Below, one piece after another: positions 31,020 to 40,112 of a DNA stretch of 64,000 nt. Every line of letters begins with the position of its first letter. Within the stretch, counting starts at the first letter, position 1. The notes under the pieces were generated by a model, which was not told where the DNA came from, searched no databases, and saw nothing but the letters and a program-made list of their open reading frames with translations. Position numbers and translations under genes: made by a program. Origin of the DNA: an uncultured beta proteobacterium (GTDB lineage: Bacteria > Pseudomonadota > Gammaproteobacteria > Burkholderiales > Eutrophovitaceae); contig CAWBXZ010000017.1 of assembly GCA_963792855.1 (NCBI GenBank), positions 5,074-69,073 on the forward strand. Reading direction: 5' to 3'.

Positions 31020-32198
31020 ATGATCAGTATTATGGAAAACGAACCGGTATTCGACGTTGGCCACTGCGGTGCCGACCATGCGCACCCGGATCATTTGCGG
31101 CGGCTTCACTGCCTCGAGGGTCCCTCGGAAAGGGCAACTGTCCGCAAGGGGCGGGGCGCGACAGGCAACCCGGAAGGCCGCTTCGAGTCAACGGCGCGAG
31201 CTTGTATAGACGACGGATGGGGGGAGCCGGAGGCCGGCACGCCGTCGGCGTTGCCCACCCATGTAACGGCGGAACGGGCCAGGACTGTTATTACCCGGAA
31301 CAGCTCGCCGGACGTTCCGTTCAGTTATTCGATCAATCCGTACCGTGGCTGTGAGCACGGCTGCACCTACTGTTTTGCCCGGCCCGGCCACGCTTACCTG
31401 AATCTTTCGCCTGGTCTGGAATTCGAGACGCGTCTGATCGCCAAAGTCAATGCGGCCGAATGCCTGGAGCGGGAACTTTCGCGACCCGGTTACGTTTGCG
31501 AGACGATTGCGCTGGGTACCAACACCGATCCCTATCAGCCGGTTGAGCGCAAATGGCGCATCACCCGTTCGCTGCTCGAGGTTGCGGCGAAATTCAACCA
31601 GCCGGTCGGCATTGTCACGAAGAATGCGCTGGTCGAGCGTGACCTCGATATCCTGGGGCCGATGGCGCAACGCGGCCTGGCTGCGGTGTTCGTTTCGGTA
31701 ACGACGCTCGATCATCAACTGGCGCGCCGTCTGGAGCCGCGCGCGTCGGCGCCTTCCAGAAGAATCGAGGCGATCCGCCGCTTGAGCGAAGCCGGTGTGC
31801 CGGTCGGCGTCATGTTTGCGCCGGTCATTCCGTTTCTGACCGATTCCGAGCTCGAATCGGTGCTGGGTGCGGCATCCAGCGCTGGTGCCCGGCAGGCCGG
31901 GTACATACTGCTGCGGTTGCCATACGAGGTTAAGCAGATCTTTCGCGACTGGCTGCAGTGCCACTATCCCCTGAAAGCCGCGCACGTCATGAGCCGCGTG
32001 CAAGCCATGCGCGGCGGCCGGGACAATGACCCGGACTTCGGTTCGCGCATGGTCGGCAAGGGCGAATTCGCCGAATTGCTCAGCAAGCGCTTCCGGATCG
32101 CGTGCAGACGCTTCGGTCTGAACCTGAATCAGCGAAAGCTGGATGTTTCCCGCTTTCGGCGCCCGGCACCCGATGGACAGATGGATTTGTTTGCATAG
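31020..32198 (+). CDS. Radical SAM protein, PA0069 family
   Basis: CEHGCTYC cluster motif. N-terminal KGRGATGNPEGRFE segment is typical of this family. Confidence 0.75.
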   Translation: MISIMENEPVFDVGHCGADHAHPDHLRRLHCLEGPSERATVRKGRGATGNPEGRFESTARACIDDGWGEPEAGTPSALPTHVTAERARTVITRNSSPDVPFSYSINPYRGCEHGCTYCFARPGHAYLNLSPGLEFETRLIAKVNAAECLERELSRPGYVCETIALGTNTDPYQPVERKWRITRSLLEVAAKFNQPVGIVTKNALVERDLDILGPMAQRGLAAVFVSVTTLDHQLARRLEPRASAPSRRIEAIRRLSEAGVPVGVMFAPVIPFLTDSELESVLGAASSAGARQAGYILLRLPYEVKQIFRDWLQCHYPLKAAHVMSRVQAMRGGRDNDPDFGSRMVGKGEFAELLSKRFRIACRRFGLNLNQRKLDVSRFRRPAPDGQMDLFA

Positions 32199-32345
32199 TC
32201 CGCACATGCGTAAACGTGCGAAGGGTTGCCGCTAACGCGGGTAACATCAAGGATTATCAGGCGAACGGTTCGTCGGCCATTGGCCGACAGGAATGACGCG
32301 AAGAATGAGGTACCGAAACGGACATCGGAGAAAGGTTCGGGGCTG

Positions 32346-32657
32346 ATGCGAAGAATCTACTCCGCTGCGACGCTGCCCGACGCACATCTCATAGTCGGCC
32401 TGCTGGGGCAGGCAGGGATTCCCGCCCGGGTATTCAACGAGAATGCCCAGGGCGGTGTTGGCGAGATTCCATTTGTTCATGCCTGGCCGGAGGTTTGGGT
32501 CGAGGACGAGCGTGATGCCGGGCGCGCGCTCGAACTCATCCGCGATTTCGACAAGAACAAGGGCACCGACCGGCAGGTTGCTTGCCCCGGGTGCGGCGAA
32601 CAGAACCCGGAGAATTTCGAAGTTTGCTGGAACTGCGGGACTGCGCTTGCCGACTGA
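32346..32657 (+). CDS. DUF2007-like small protein with a C-terminal zinc ribbon
   Basis: MRRIYSAATLPDAHLIVGLLGQAGIPARV (DUF2007-like) plus CPGCG...CWNCG. ATG at 32346 inside ORF 32226..32657. Confidence 0.55.
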   Translation: MRRIYSAATLPDAHLIVGLLGQAGIPARVFNENAQGGVGEIPFVHAWPEVWVEDERDAGRALELIRDFDKNKGTDRQVACPGCGEQNPENFEVCWNCGTALAD

Positions 32658-33687
32658 CTGGCACTTCGGAAGAAGAGAATTCCTGCGTGCGACGGCAGCG
32701 CTCCTGACGATGCCGGCTGTTCAATCATTTGCCAACGGACACAGAGACATGAATGTATGCCTGTACGCCGATGAAATGCTCGGGGCTTACGGCTTTCCCG
32801 AAGGCCATCCGTTCGGGATCGATCGCCAGCAGGCTTTCCTGCGGCAAGCGAAGCAGCAGAAGTTGCTGGACCGGGTACGAGTTGAACCAGGCAGGGCCGC
32901 GACGCCGGCAATGCTCGAACGATTTCACCGGGCGGATTACATCGAAAAGGTACGTACCGCCGAGTCGGCAGGTATTGATTATCTCGATGCCGGCGATACG
33001 CCGGTGTTCCCGAATGTTTTCGAAATCTCTTCCTGGGTTGTTGGCTCGGCTCTCAAGGGGCTCGACGACGTCATGAGCGGAAGTTGCGTTCGCACTTTCC
33101 AGCCGATCGGCGGTTTGCATCACGCCGGGCGTGCGCACGCGGCGGGATTTTGCGTGTTCAACGATCTGGGCGTCGTGATTGAAACGCTGCGCGCAGAATA
33201 TGGCGTCAAGCGGATCGGCTATGTCGATATCGATGTGCACTTCGGTGATGGCGTGTTCTACGCATTTGAAGATGATCCTGATGTCATCATCGCCGACATC
33301 CATCAGGACCCGCGCACTTTGTATCCCGGGACCGGCTTCGTTGAGGAGACAGGCAGGGGCCCGGCGCGCGGCACCAAGCTGAATATTCCGTTGCGACCCG
33401 GGTCGGGTGACCGGGAGTTCGCAAATGTCTGGCCGCAGGTCGAACGCCACCTCGAAAAGTTCGCCCCCGAGTTCTTTCTCTTCCAGTGTGGCGCGGACGG
33501 CCTGGAGGGGGATCCGCTGGCGGGGCTGCGCTATAGCAGTGAAACCCACGCGCTCGCCGCCAGGAATCTATGCGATCTTGCCAAACGCCATGCGAAGGGA
33601 CGACTGATGGCGTTTGGTGGCGGGGGATATGACCGCCAGAACCTTGCGGCGGGCTGGTCTGCGGTGCTTGCCGAAGCGATGAGATAA
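32647..33687 (+). CDS. Histone deacetylase / acetoin-utilisation (AcuC) / acetylpolyamine amidohydrolase family protein, apparently with a twin-arginine signal peptide
   Basis: HDAC motifs GGLHHA and DIDVHFGDG. Upstream in frame is GRREFLRATAALLTMPAVQSFA, which is Tat-signal-like. A TTG at 32647 is the only start that would include it; alternative ATG starts are at 32710 and 32749. Confidence 0.7.
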   Translation: MPTDWHFGRREFLRATAALLTMPAVQSFANGHRDMNVCLYADEMLGAYGFPEGHPFGIDRQQAFLRQAKQQKLLDRVRVEPGRAATPAMLERFHRADYIEKVRTAESAGIDYLDAGDTPVFPNVFEISSWVVGSALKGLDDVMSGSCVRTFQPIGGLHHAGRAHAAGFCVFNDLGVVIETLRAEYGVKRIGYVDIDVHFGDGVFYAFEDDPDVIIADIHQDPRTLYPGTGFVEETGRGPARGTKLNIPLRPGSGDREFANVWPQVERHLEKFAPEFFLFQCGADGLEGDPLAGLRYSSETHALAARNLCDLAKRHAKGRLMAFGGGGYDRQNLAAGWSAVLAEAMR

Positions 33688-33733
33688 GCGGAACTGCCAC
33701 CTCAACGCATAGCGCTGGCATCGGCGGTCAGGC

Positions 33734-34249
33734 TTAACTCGCCGATGCCCAACCTGACGTCGCGCCAAGATCCGCGGCGCTCGCCCGGCAGGTGCCGGGC
33801 AACATCGAACTGATATCGATCGTATTGTTTGGATCCGGCCCGCAATCCCACATCGCAGCGACATCGCCCGGCTGCATCGCGGCTGTACGCGCAACGTCTG
33901 GCCAGGGTCGCATCATGACATGCTGATTGTTTACGAGAGAATTGACGTTACGAATCTGGGCGCGGATCGCACCTTCGTCGCTTGTCTGAAGTGTTGCAAC
34001 ATAGTTCGACACGATTGTGCCCGCGGGTGGCTCGCACGCCCAGCTTCCGCCGACAGGGAGCGAGACCGAGACCTGAACCGATTCCGAAATGCTTGCGCGG
34101 CAAACACTCAGCGCGAGCAAGACCTCGGACATCTTCGCTCGGGCGGCATAGTTCTGATACGCAGGCAAAGCCACGGCAGCCAGAATACCGATAATCGCAA
34201 CGACGATCATCAGCTCGATTAGCGTGAATCCCTTTTGTAGAGTCTTCAT
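33734..34249 (-). CDS. Type IV pilin (PilA/PilE-like major pilin)
   Basis: Class III signal [35 protein letters not shown]-terminal Cys pair ([19 protein letters not shown]). Confidence 0.9.
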   Translation of the reverse strand: MKTLQKGFTLIELMIVVAIIGILAAVALPAYQNYAARAKMSEVLLALSVCRASISESVQVSVSLPVGGSWACEPPAGTIVSNYVATLQTSDEGAIRAQIRNVNSLVNNQHVMMRPWPDVARTAAMQPGDVAAMWDCGPDPNNTIDISSMLPGTCRASAADLGATSGWASAS

Positions 34250-34333
34250 AAGTTCCCCTTAATGTGCTGCATCGAACTCACGCTGTTCACCGCTTTGTTA
34301 TATGCGTATATCGCAACACTCACGGGTATAACT

Positions 34334-34349
34334 GGCAGGTTTCGTGCCA
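34334..34349 (-). promoter_or_regulatory. Sigma54-type (-24/-12) promoter upstream of the pilin gene
   Basis: Minus strand reads TGGCACGAAACCTGCC against the consensus TGGCACG-N4-TTGCW. Lies about 85-100 nt upstream of the pilin ATG. Confidence 0.5.
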
Positions 34350-34371
34350 TGCACATCGCGGTCTCGCGGGA

Positions 34372-34413
34372 GATCAAAACCGTTGTTTAAACAACGAGGT
34401 AGGGTTTTCGATC
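34372..34413 (-). promoter_or_regulatory. Nested inverted repeat (perfect 16-bp palindrome CGTTGTTTAAACAACG flanked by GATCAAAAC / GTTTTCGATC)
   Basis: Read directly. Located just upstream of the sigma54 element and about 140 nt downstream of the preceding gene. Could be an activator site or a weak terminator. Confidence 0.3.
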
Positions 34414-34551
34414 ACACATTGCGCCGGAGCCGTGCGAGATGACTGACAGCCTGTTTCGGCGTGAATTGCTGTGTTGATCGCGGCCCGGATTCCGGCGAGC
34501 CGTAATGTGGGCGGGCTTGCCCTGATTTCCTTGCGAGACCTGCCTGATTTT

Positions 34552-35601
34552 TCAACTCGCCTTGTCGTCTCGATGCGCGCTCCCTCGCATCCAGGCAGAC
34601 ACTCTGGGCAGACCGGCGTTGGCGCCACACAGAACAACCACGATGTTTTCATCGGGCTTGATGGTGACCTTGCCCGCCAGCAGCGCTGCCACAGAGCACG
34701 AGGTGGCCGGCTCCGTCAGCAGTTTGTCTTCCGCAAGGAGTTCAAGCAGCGCGTCGACCGCCTGTTGGTCCGACACGGTGACCAATTCCGAGGCGTGGCT
34801 GGTGATGATGTCGAACTGGCGCTGCCCTGTTCTGCGCGCGCCGAGCGTTTCGGCAATGGAGGTGATCGCGGGCAGTTCGACAATGCGGCCGGATCGCCAA
34901 CTCTGGTACATCGAATCCGCGCCTTCGGTTTCGACACCGGCGATCCTTGTCGCCGGGCTGTAGGCGGCCGCAGCGGAAATCAGCCCTGACAGCAGGCCGC
35001 CGCCGCCAATGGATGCGACGATCAGGTCGATGCGGGGAATCTGCGAGACGAGTTCGGAGACGATGGTACCTTGCCCGGCCATTACATGGACGTCATCGAA
35101 CGGATGGATATAGGCGGCATCGTTGTCTCGCGCCCTCGCGCGGGCCTCGATATTTGACTCGTCCCAGCTTTCTCCGTGCAAGACGACCTCGGCGCCCAGT
35201 GTCTCGATCGCGCGCACGCGGTAAGGCGGTGATTTGCGGGGCAGGTAAACGGTCGCCGGAATGCCTGCCATTTGCGCGGTATAGGCGAGCGCCAGGCCGT
35301 GATTTCCACCCGACGCGGTGACGACACCGTGAGCGCGGCGGTGCGGCGGCAACTGCGAAATGGCGTTGAATGCGCCACGCACCTTGAACGAGTGTGTCGG
35401 CTGCAAGGTTTCCAGCTTGAGCCAAACATTGGCGCCGAGTTTACGGCTCAGGTAGTGCGACCGGATCAGCGGCGTCGGCGCAAGCGATCGTCGTACGGTT
35501 TCGAATGCGGCGTCGATGAGTTCCCGGTCGATCAGCACCTTGCGCTCACCGTGTCGCCGATGTGGCACTTTTGCCGTTCCCTGCCCGGCGCGTTGGCGCA
35601 A
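34552..35601 (-). CDS. Threonine/serine dehydratase-like PLP enzyme (fold type II)
   Basis: PLP-lysine motif SFKVRGAFN and glycine loop ASIGGGGL. Start uncertain; the track start is a TTG. Confidence 0.75.
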   Translation of the reverse strand: MRQRAGQGTAKVPHRRHGERKVLIDRELIDAAFETVRRSLAPTPLIRSHYLSRKLGANVWLKLETLQPTHSFKVRGAFNAISQLPPHRRAHGVVTASGGNHGLALAYTAQMAGIPATVYLPRKSPPYRVRAIETLGAEVVLHGESWDESNIEARARARDNDAAYIHPFDDVHVMAGQGTIVSELVSQIPRIDLIVASIGGGGLLSGLISAAAAYSPATRIAGVETEGADSMYQSWRSGRIVELPAITSIAETLGARRTGQRQFDIITSHASELVTVSDQQAVDALLELLAEDKLLTEPATSCSVAALLAGKVTIKPDENIVVVLCGANAGLPRVSAWMRGSAHRDDKAS

Positions 35602-35685
35602 CTTCTCGGCTTGTGCGGACAGGCGCTATTTTTCGGCTTGTGCGGGCGGACACAATCAGGCCGCTTGTGCCGACGGCAATCCCGC
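35599..35685 (-). repeat. 27-bp (9-codon) tandem repeat x3 covering the TrpB2 stop and the following intergenic region
   Basis: Core CGGCTTGTGCGG at 35607 and 35634, and CCGCTTGTGCCG at 35661. On the minus strand, in one frame: ...SAQAA-stop, LCPPAQAEK-stop, RLSAQAEK-(TTG). Confidence 0.8.
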
Positions 35686-37023
35686 GAGCGCCATCGCCAG
35701 TTCTGCTTCGTCATAACTCTGATCGGTGAGTTTGCCGGCGAAGTAGTCGCTGTATGCCTGCATGTCGAAATGGCCGTGACCGCACAGGTTGAACAAAATG
35801 GAGCGCGCGCGTCCTTCCTGCTTGCACTTGAGTGCTTCGTCGATCGCGCCCTTGACCGCATGATTGGCTTCCGGTGCGGGCACGATGCCCTCGGCACGGG
35901 CGAACTGCACACCCGCTTCGAATACTTCGACCTGTTTGTAGGCGCGCGCGCCGATCAGGCCGAGGTCGCGAACGTGCGAAACCAGCGGTGCCATGCCGTG
36001 ATAGCGCAAACCGCCCGAGTGCAGGGAAGGCGGTATGAACGTGGACCCGAGCGTATGCATCTTGACCAGCGGCGTCAGGTGGCCGGTGTCGCCAAAATCG
36101 TAGGCGTACTTGCCCTTGGTCAGCGACGGGCAAGCGGTCGGTTCGACCGCGAGAATGTCGACTTTCTTCCCTCCGCGAAGCTGTGCGCCGAGAAACGGAA
36201 ACACGATGCCCGCGAAATTCGACCCGCCACCGGTGCAGGCGACGATGATGTCGGGATAGTCGTCCGCCATTTCCATCTGCTTCATCGCTTCCTGACCGAC
36301 GACGGTCTGGTGCAACAAAACGTGATTGAGCACGGAGCCCAGCGCGTACTTGGTGTCGTCGTTGGTTGCCGCAACCTCGACCGCTTCCGAGATGGCGATT
36401 CCCAGAGATCCGCTGCTGTCGGGGGATTTGGCGAGGATTTCACGGCCGGCATTGGTTTGCGTCGACGGGCTGGCAATACAGCTTGCGCCATAGGTTTCCA
36501 TCAGCGCACGCCGGTAGGGCTTTTGTTGATAGGACACCTTCACCATGAACACCTGTACCTGGATTCCGAACAACGCGCCGGCGAAAGCGAGCGACGAGCC
36601 CCATTGGCCTGCGCCGGTCTCGGTGGTGATCTTCCTGATACCGGCTTCATGGTTGTAGAAGGCTTGCGCGACAGCGGTGTTCGGTTTGTGCGAGCCGGCC
36701 GGGCTCACGCCCTCATACTTGTAGTAGATCCGGGCGGGTGTATCGAGGGCTTTCTCGAGATTGCGTGCCCGGAATAACGGGGCCGGCCGCCACTGGCGGT
36801 AGATCTGGCGCACCGGCCCTGGTATCTCGATGTCGCGTTCAGTCGATACCTCCTGCATGATCAGCGACTCCGGAAACAATGGCGCCAGGTCGTCCGGCCC
36901 GATCGGCTGCCTGGTTGCCGGGTGAAGCGGTGGTGGTGGCGGACTGGGCAGGTCCGCCATCAGGTTGTACCAGGACTTCGGGATTTCCGTCTCGGGTAGC
37001 AGGTATTTGATTGTCTCGGCCAT
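35656..37023 (-). CDS. TrpB-like PLP-dependent enzyme (TrpB2 family, stand-alone)
   Basis: GGGAGGAAAT SD before the ATG at 37023. About 455-aa TrpB2-type sequence ([28 protein letters not shown]). No trpA nearby. Confidence 0.8.
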   Translation of the reverse strand: MAETIKYLLPETEIPKSWYNLMADLPSPPPPPLHPATRQPIGPDDLAPLFPESLIMQEVSTERDIEIPGPVRQIYRQWRPAPLFRARNLEKALDTPARIYYKYEGVSPAGSHKPNTAVAQAFYNHEAGIRKITTETGAGQWGSSLAFAGALFGIQVQVFMVKVSYQQKPYRRALMETYGASCIASPSTQTNAGREILAKSPDSSGSLGIAISEAVEVAATNDDTKYALGSVLNHVLLHQTVVGQEAMKQMEMADDYPDIIVACTGGGSNFAGIVFPFLGAQLRGGKKVDILAVEPTACPSLTKGKYAYDFGDTGHLTPLVKMHTLGSTFIPPSLHSGGLRYHGMAPLVSHVRDLGLIGARAYKQVEVFEAGVQFARAEGIVPAPEANHAVKGAIDEALKCKQEGRARSILFNLCGHGHFDMQAYSDYFAGKLTDQSYDEAELAMALAGLPSAQAA

Positions 37024-37196
37024 ATTTCCTCCCGTGTACGTTGGGGCTGCTTGCGAAACAACCCCGGTCTGATGTTCTGCGTTCATTTGCTAGTCCGCCG
37101 CAGCGCGAGCGCCGACCGCGAAGCCAACCAATAACCGGAATGACGCCGGTAGAAATTGATTGTGATCAAGAAGTCTGATGACGCCGGTCCTCCGGG

Positions 37197-38585
37197 CTAT
37201 TCTCCGTCGTTGCTGCGCGCCGCTGCACGTTCTCGTCTGCCTGCCAGGTCGCAAAGGGCAGCCAATTGCCTGTAGCCGGCGTTCTCGAATATCGCGGCGA
37301 CCAGCAGCATTGCGTAGTCAGTCCGCCCCTGATAGGTGCGAAACAGAAACGCATCAAGCGCTATGGCGAGCCACGACAACAGTATGCCGAGTCCGGCCGC
37401 GCATACGGCGAATGCGATCAGGTGCGCGCCGGGAATCAGTCCAAGGGCATATGCCGACACGAAGAACACCACACCCGACACCTCGATGATCGGTCGCGCG
37501 GATTCGGTGAGTTTGACGAAGGGATACGCAAGGTGCCCCACAATTCCCGTACCGCGTTGCCAGAACAACTTCCGGTTCGCTTTCAGTGCCTCTGCCTGTC
37601 CCCGGCGTGCTTCCCTGTCCGACCGGCACACTTGACCCGCTGCGCCGGGAGCGAGTCGCCACACGATGGGTGCTGGCAGGAACGCGATTCGGTAGGGTTT
37701 GCCCTCGGCGCGATAATGGCGATGCAAACGCGCCAGCAGTTCGAGTACGGGATTGGCGGCCGTGCGGTCGAAGCCGCCGACCTGAACGACCGCTTTCCTG
37801 CGAAAGGCACAGAACCGATGCGAAAAGGCGAGGGTCGCGTTTCTGCCGGCCCATCCGTGCCGGGCGCACAGGTCCCGGCGCAATGCCGCGCTGGCCTGTG
37901 CCCAAACCAGCGGGTTTCCGGCGAGCCTGCAGCGTTCCAGAAACCCGCCGACAATAAAGCTGCCATTGGCGATTCGCTCCGCGGATCCCACCGCAACGGT
38001 TGTGGCGTCTTCGAGAAAATCCGGAACCAGGCGGCGCAGGCTGTCACGTCTGATCACGCAGTCCGCGCGAGCGATACAGATGACAGGGTAGCGCGCGGCG
38101 TTAACGCCTGTATTGATCGCGTCGCCCAGGCCGCCTTTGTCCTTGTCGATAACCCGCAAGGCCCGAAAGCGCGGAGACCTGTAGACGCCGCGAACCTGCC
38201 TGGCGCGCACCTGGCGCCAGTACGCTTCGGGAAAGACCGCCAGTTGCAGTGCCGATTTCAGCCGTGAAAACGTCTTCTCGTCGGTTGTGTCGCAGACGAC
38301 GATGACCTCGAACTGCGGGTAGTCGAGATCAAGTAACTGCTGCACGAAATTTGCCGCATCCGCGTTGGCTTCGCTGATGGGGACGATGATCGACACCGGT
38401 ATTTCGTAGCCCGCCGACAGGCTCGGAAGCATTCTTACGGCCACCGACTCCATTCGCCGGCGCAGGCTGTTCACCGATACTGCAGTGAGCAGTGTCTGTC
38501 CGCCATGGAGCAACAGGAAATAGCCGATGAAAAGCCATTCGAGTGACGCAATGACGGATGCGCCGTCGATTGCAGAAAGGTTCAC
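37197..38585 (-). CDS. GT2-like integral membrane protein (processive-synthase architecture, catalytic motifs apparently degenerate)
   Basis: N-terminal TM, GT-A-like core (VSIIVPISE...EVIVVCDTTDE...KGGLGDAINTG...ARADC...FRRKAVVQVGGFD) and about 4 C-terminal TM segments. A GTG at 38585 overlaps the upstream stop (GTGA). Confidence 0.6.
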   Translation of the reverse strand: MNLSAIDGASVIASLEWLFIGYFLLLHGGQTLLTAVSVNSLRRRMESVAVRMLPSLSAGYEIPVSIIVPISEANADAANFVQQLLDLDYPQFEVIVVCDTTDEKTFSRLKSALQLAVFPEAYWRQVRARQVRGVYRSPRFRALRVIDKDKGGLGDAINTGVNAARYPVICIARADCVIRRDSLRRLVPDFLEDATTVAVGSAERIANGSFIVGGFLERCRLAGNPLVWAQASAALRRDLCARHGWAGRNATLAFSHRFCAFRRKAVVQVGGFDRTAANPVLELLARLHRHYRAEGKPYRIAFLPAPIVWRLAPGAAGQVCRSDREARRGQAEALKANRKLFWQRGTGIVGHLAYPFVKLTESARPIIEVSGVVFFVSAYALGLIPGAHLIAFAVCAAGLGILLSWLAIALDAFLFRTYQGRTDYAMLLVAAIFENAGYRQLAALCDLAGRRERAAARSNDGE

Positions 38586-39637
38586 TTGATCTTCATCTCG
38601 GCCACGACCTGGTCGAGAATATCCTGTGCGAACGCGTCGACGAGCGAATACCGCAGGCGCCACAAATCGTCGGATGAAAGAAACGGCAGGCGTGCGAGCG
38701 ACTGGCCGGCTCTGTAGCGTACCCACCAGACCCTGTCGGACAACATGCTGATCAGCAGATGTTCCTCCCCGGGTGAAATGGCTTTCCCCAGCACGCGCGC
38801 GATATGGGTGCGCACCTCCCAGCTCCGGTGCTTCATGAGCGGCACGATCGCGTCGAGGTTCTTCGGGGCATGCTTCGATTTCAGACAGGCAATGAGGATT
38901 TCCTCGTTTTTCGAGGACCGGATCAGGCGCAGCAAGTAAGGTGTTACTGAATCTGGTTGCGCGGAGTCCATCAGCGTAATCAGCCGTGGCAGTTCGGACG
39001 GAATCGCGATTTCCGCAGCCTGAATCAGGCCGTCTGCAATGACCGCTGCATCGGATTCCGAGAGAATCTTCTTGAGTTGGTCGGTTGGCCAGTCGTCACG
39101 TGCACCGATTGATGACAAAAGGATGGCCATTGCGCGCGAGGCGTCGGTCAGAAAAAGTGCATGCAAGGCTGCCAGCGACAGAATTGGCGTGCGGCCTCGC
39201 GCAACGGCTTCCAGTAATCTCCACGAGTCCTGGTCGCCGAGGTGTCCAAGCGTCATCACCGCGACAAGCTGGTTTTCGGTGTCCTGGGTGGCGAGCAGGT
39301 TGCGTGCTGCGGAGTCCATGCGCAAGCGCAATGCCACCGCTTTGAGGCGGTGCCGCGCTGGACCTCTCAGCGAATCATGAAACTGGTTCCACAATGCAAG
39401 AAACACGAACCAGTCCCGTTTCGGGACTTTCGGAAGTCGCGTCGGCACGGCGTCCACGGTTTCGAGAAGCAACGGCCGCCAACTGCGTAGAAAACGCGAT
39501 TCGTGCACGCCGATGAATTTTCCCTGCAGCCGCAACATTGCAGTCCAGCACGCAATGATGATCACGGTCGCGGCGATCGTCAGGCTCGCCCACAGTACGA
39601 CGTGCACCAGCACATCAGGGCCGAGGAGGCTATGCAT
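38582..39637 (-). CDS. HEAT-repeat protein with an N-terminal transmembrane anchor
   Basis: N-terminal TM (VLVHVVLWASLTIAATVIIIACW). Repeated HEAT/PBS-lyase-like units (e.g. HRSWEVRTHIARVLGK, DRVWWVRYRAGQSLARL). Confidence 0.6.
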   Translation of the reverse strand: MHSLLGPDVLVHVVLWASLTIAATVIIIACWTAMLRLQGKFIGVHESRFLRSWRPLLLETVDAVPTRLPKVPKRDWFVFLALWNQFHDSLRGPARHRLKAVALRLRMDSAARNLLATQDTENQLVAVMTLGHLGDQDSWRLLEAVARGRTPILSLAALHALFLTDASRAMAILLSSIGARDDWPTDQLKKILSESDAAVIADGLIQAAEIAIPSELPRLITLMDSAQPDSVTPYLLRLIRSSKNEEILIACLKSKHAPKNLDAIVPLMKHRSWEVRTHIARVLGKAISPGEEHLLISMLSDRVWWVRYRAGQSLARLPFLSSDDLWRLRYSLVDAFAQDILDQVVAEMKIK

Positions 39638-40112
39638 GCCTGATCCGCGTTCGAACAGGAGCGAGCGCAGTTGGTTGTGTTGAAACCCCGGTTACTTTGA
39701 GTGCGTGAAACACGGACTGCTGCTGAAAGTGTGGGCAGACAGGAACAGGCCGGTTATCGGGTACTGCTTTTCGACGGGGCCGCGGTTCATTCCGGAGGTT
39801 TCCGATGTGCGAGGGAGTGTGACGCCCGGATTATAACCACAGGCATGACAAAGGCCGGCTTCATTGCGGATGTCCGGCGGTGTCGGTGTCCGATGTCATT
39901 CGGTTCGCGCCGTTGGGCGTCTCGCTATAATTGAACGCTGATCACAACGCCCGGTGCCAATCCGCGGACGGGACCGGTTGTGTGCTGCCGCCGGTGATTG
40001 CCTTCGCCGGCGTGATTTCTCTGGCATGAACCGGATCAACACACCTGCCTGAACAGCGAACGAGCGGGAGCAAAAACTGAAACGTCGAGGTTTATCGGTT
40101 GTAATCGATCTG

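Noticed and set aside
32443-32646. Further upstream extension of the HDAC-family ORF (track start 32443).
   Set aside because: It overlaps the DUF2007/zinc-ribbon gene in another frame and translates to Arg/Ser/Thr-rich filler. Only the part from about 32647 (the Tat-like peptide) looks meaningful.
39701-39934. 77-aa ORF in the 475-bp divergent intergenic region between the HEAT-repeat gene and the SGNH gene.
   Set aside because: No SD sequence, an Arg/Cys-rich translation and no motif. More likely non-coding promoter space, although the region is long and could hide a regulatory RNA that I cannot detect by eye.
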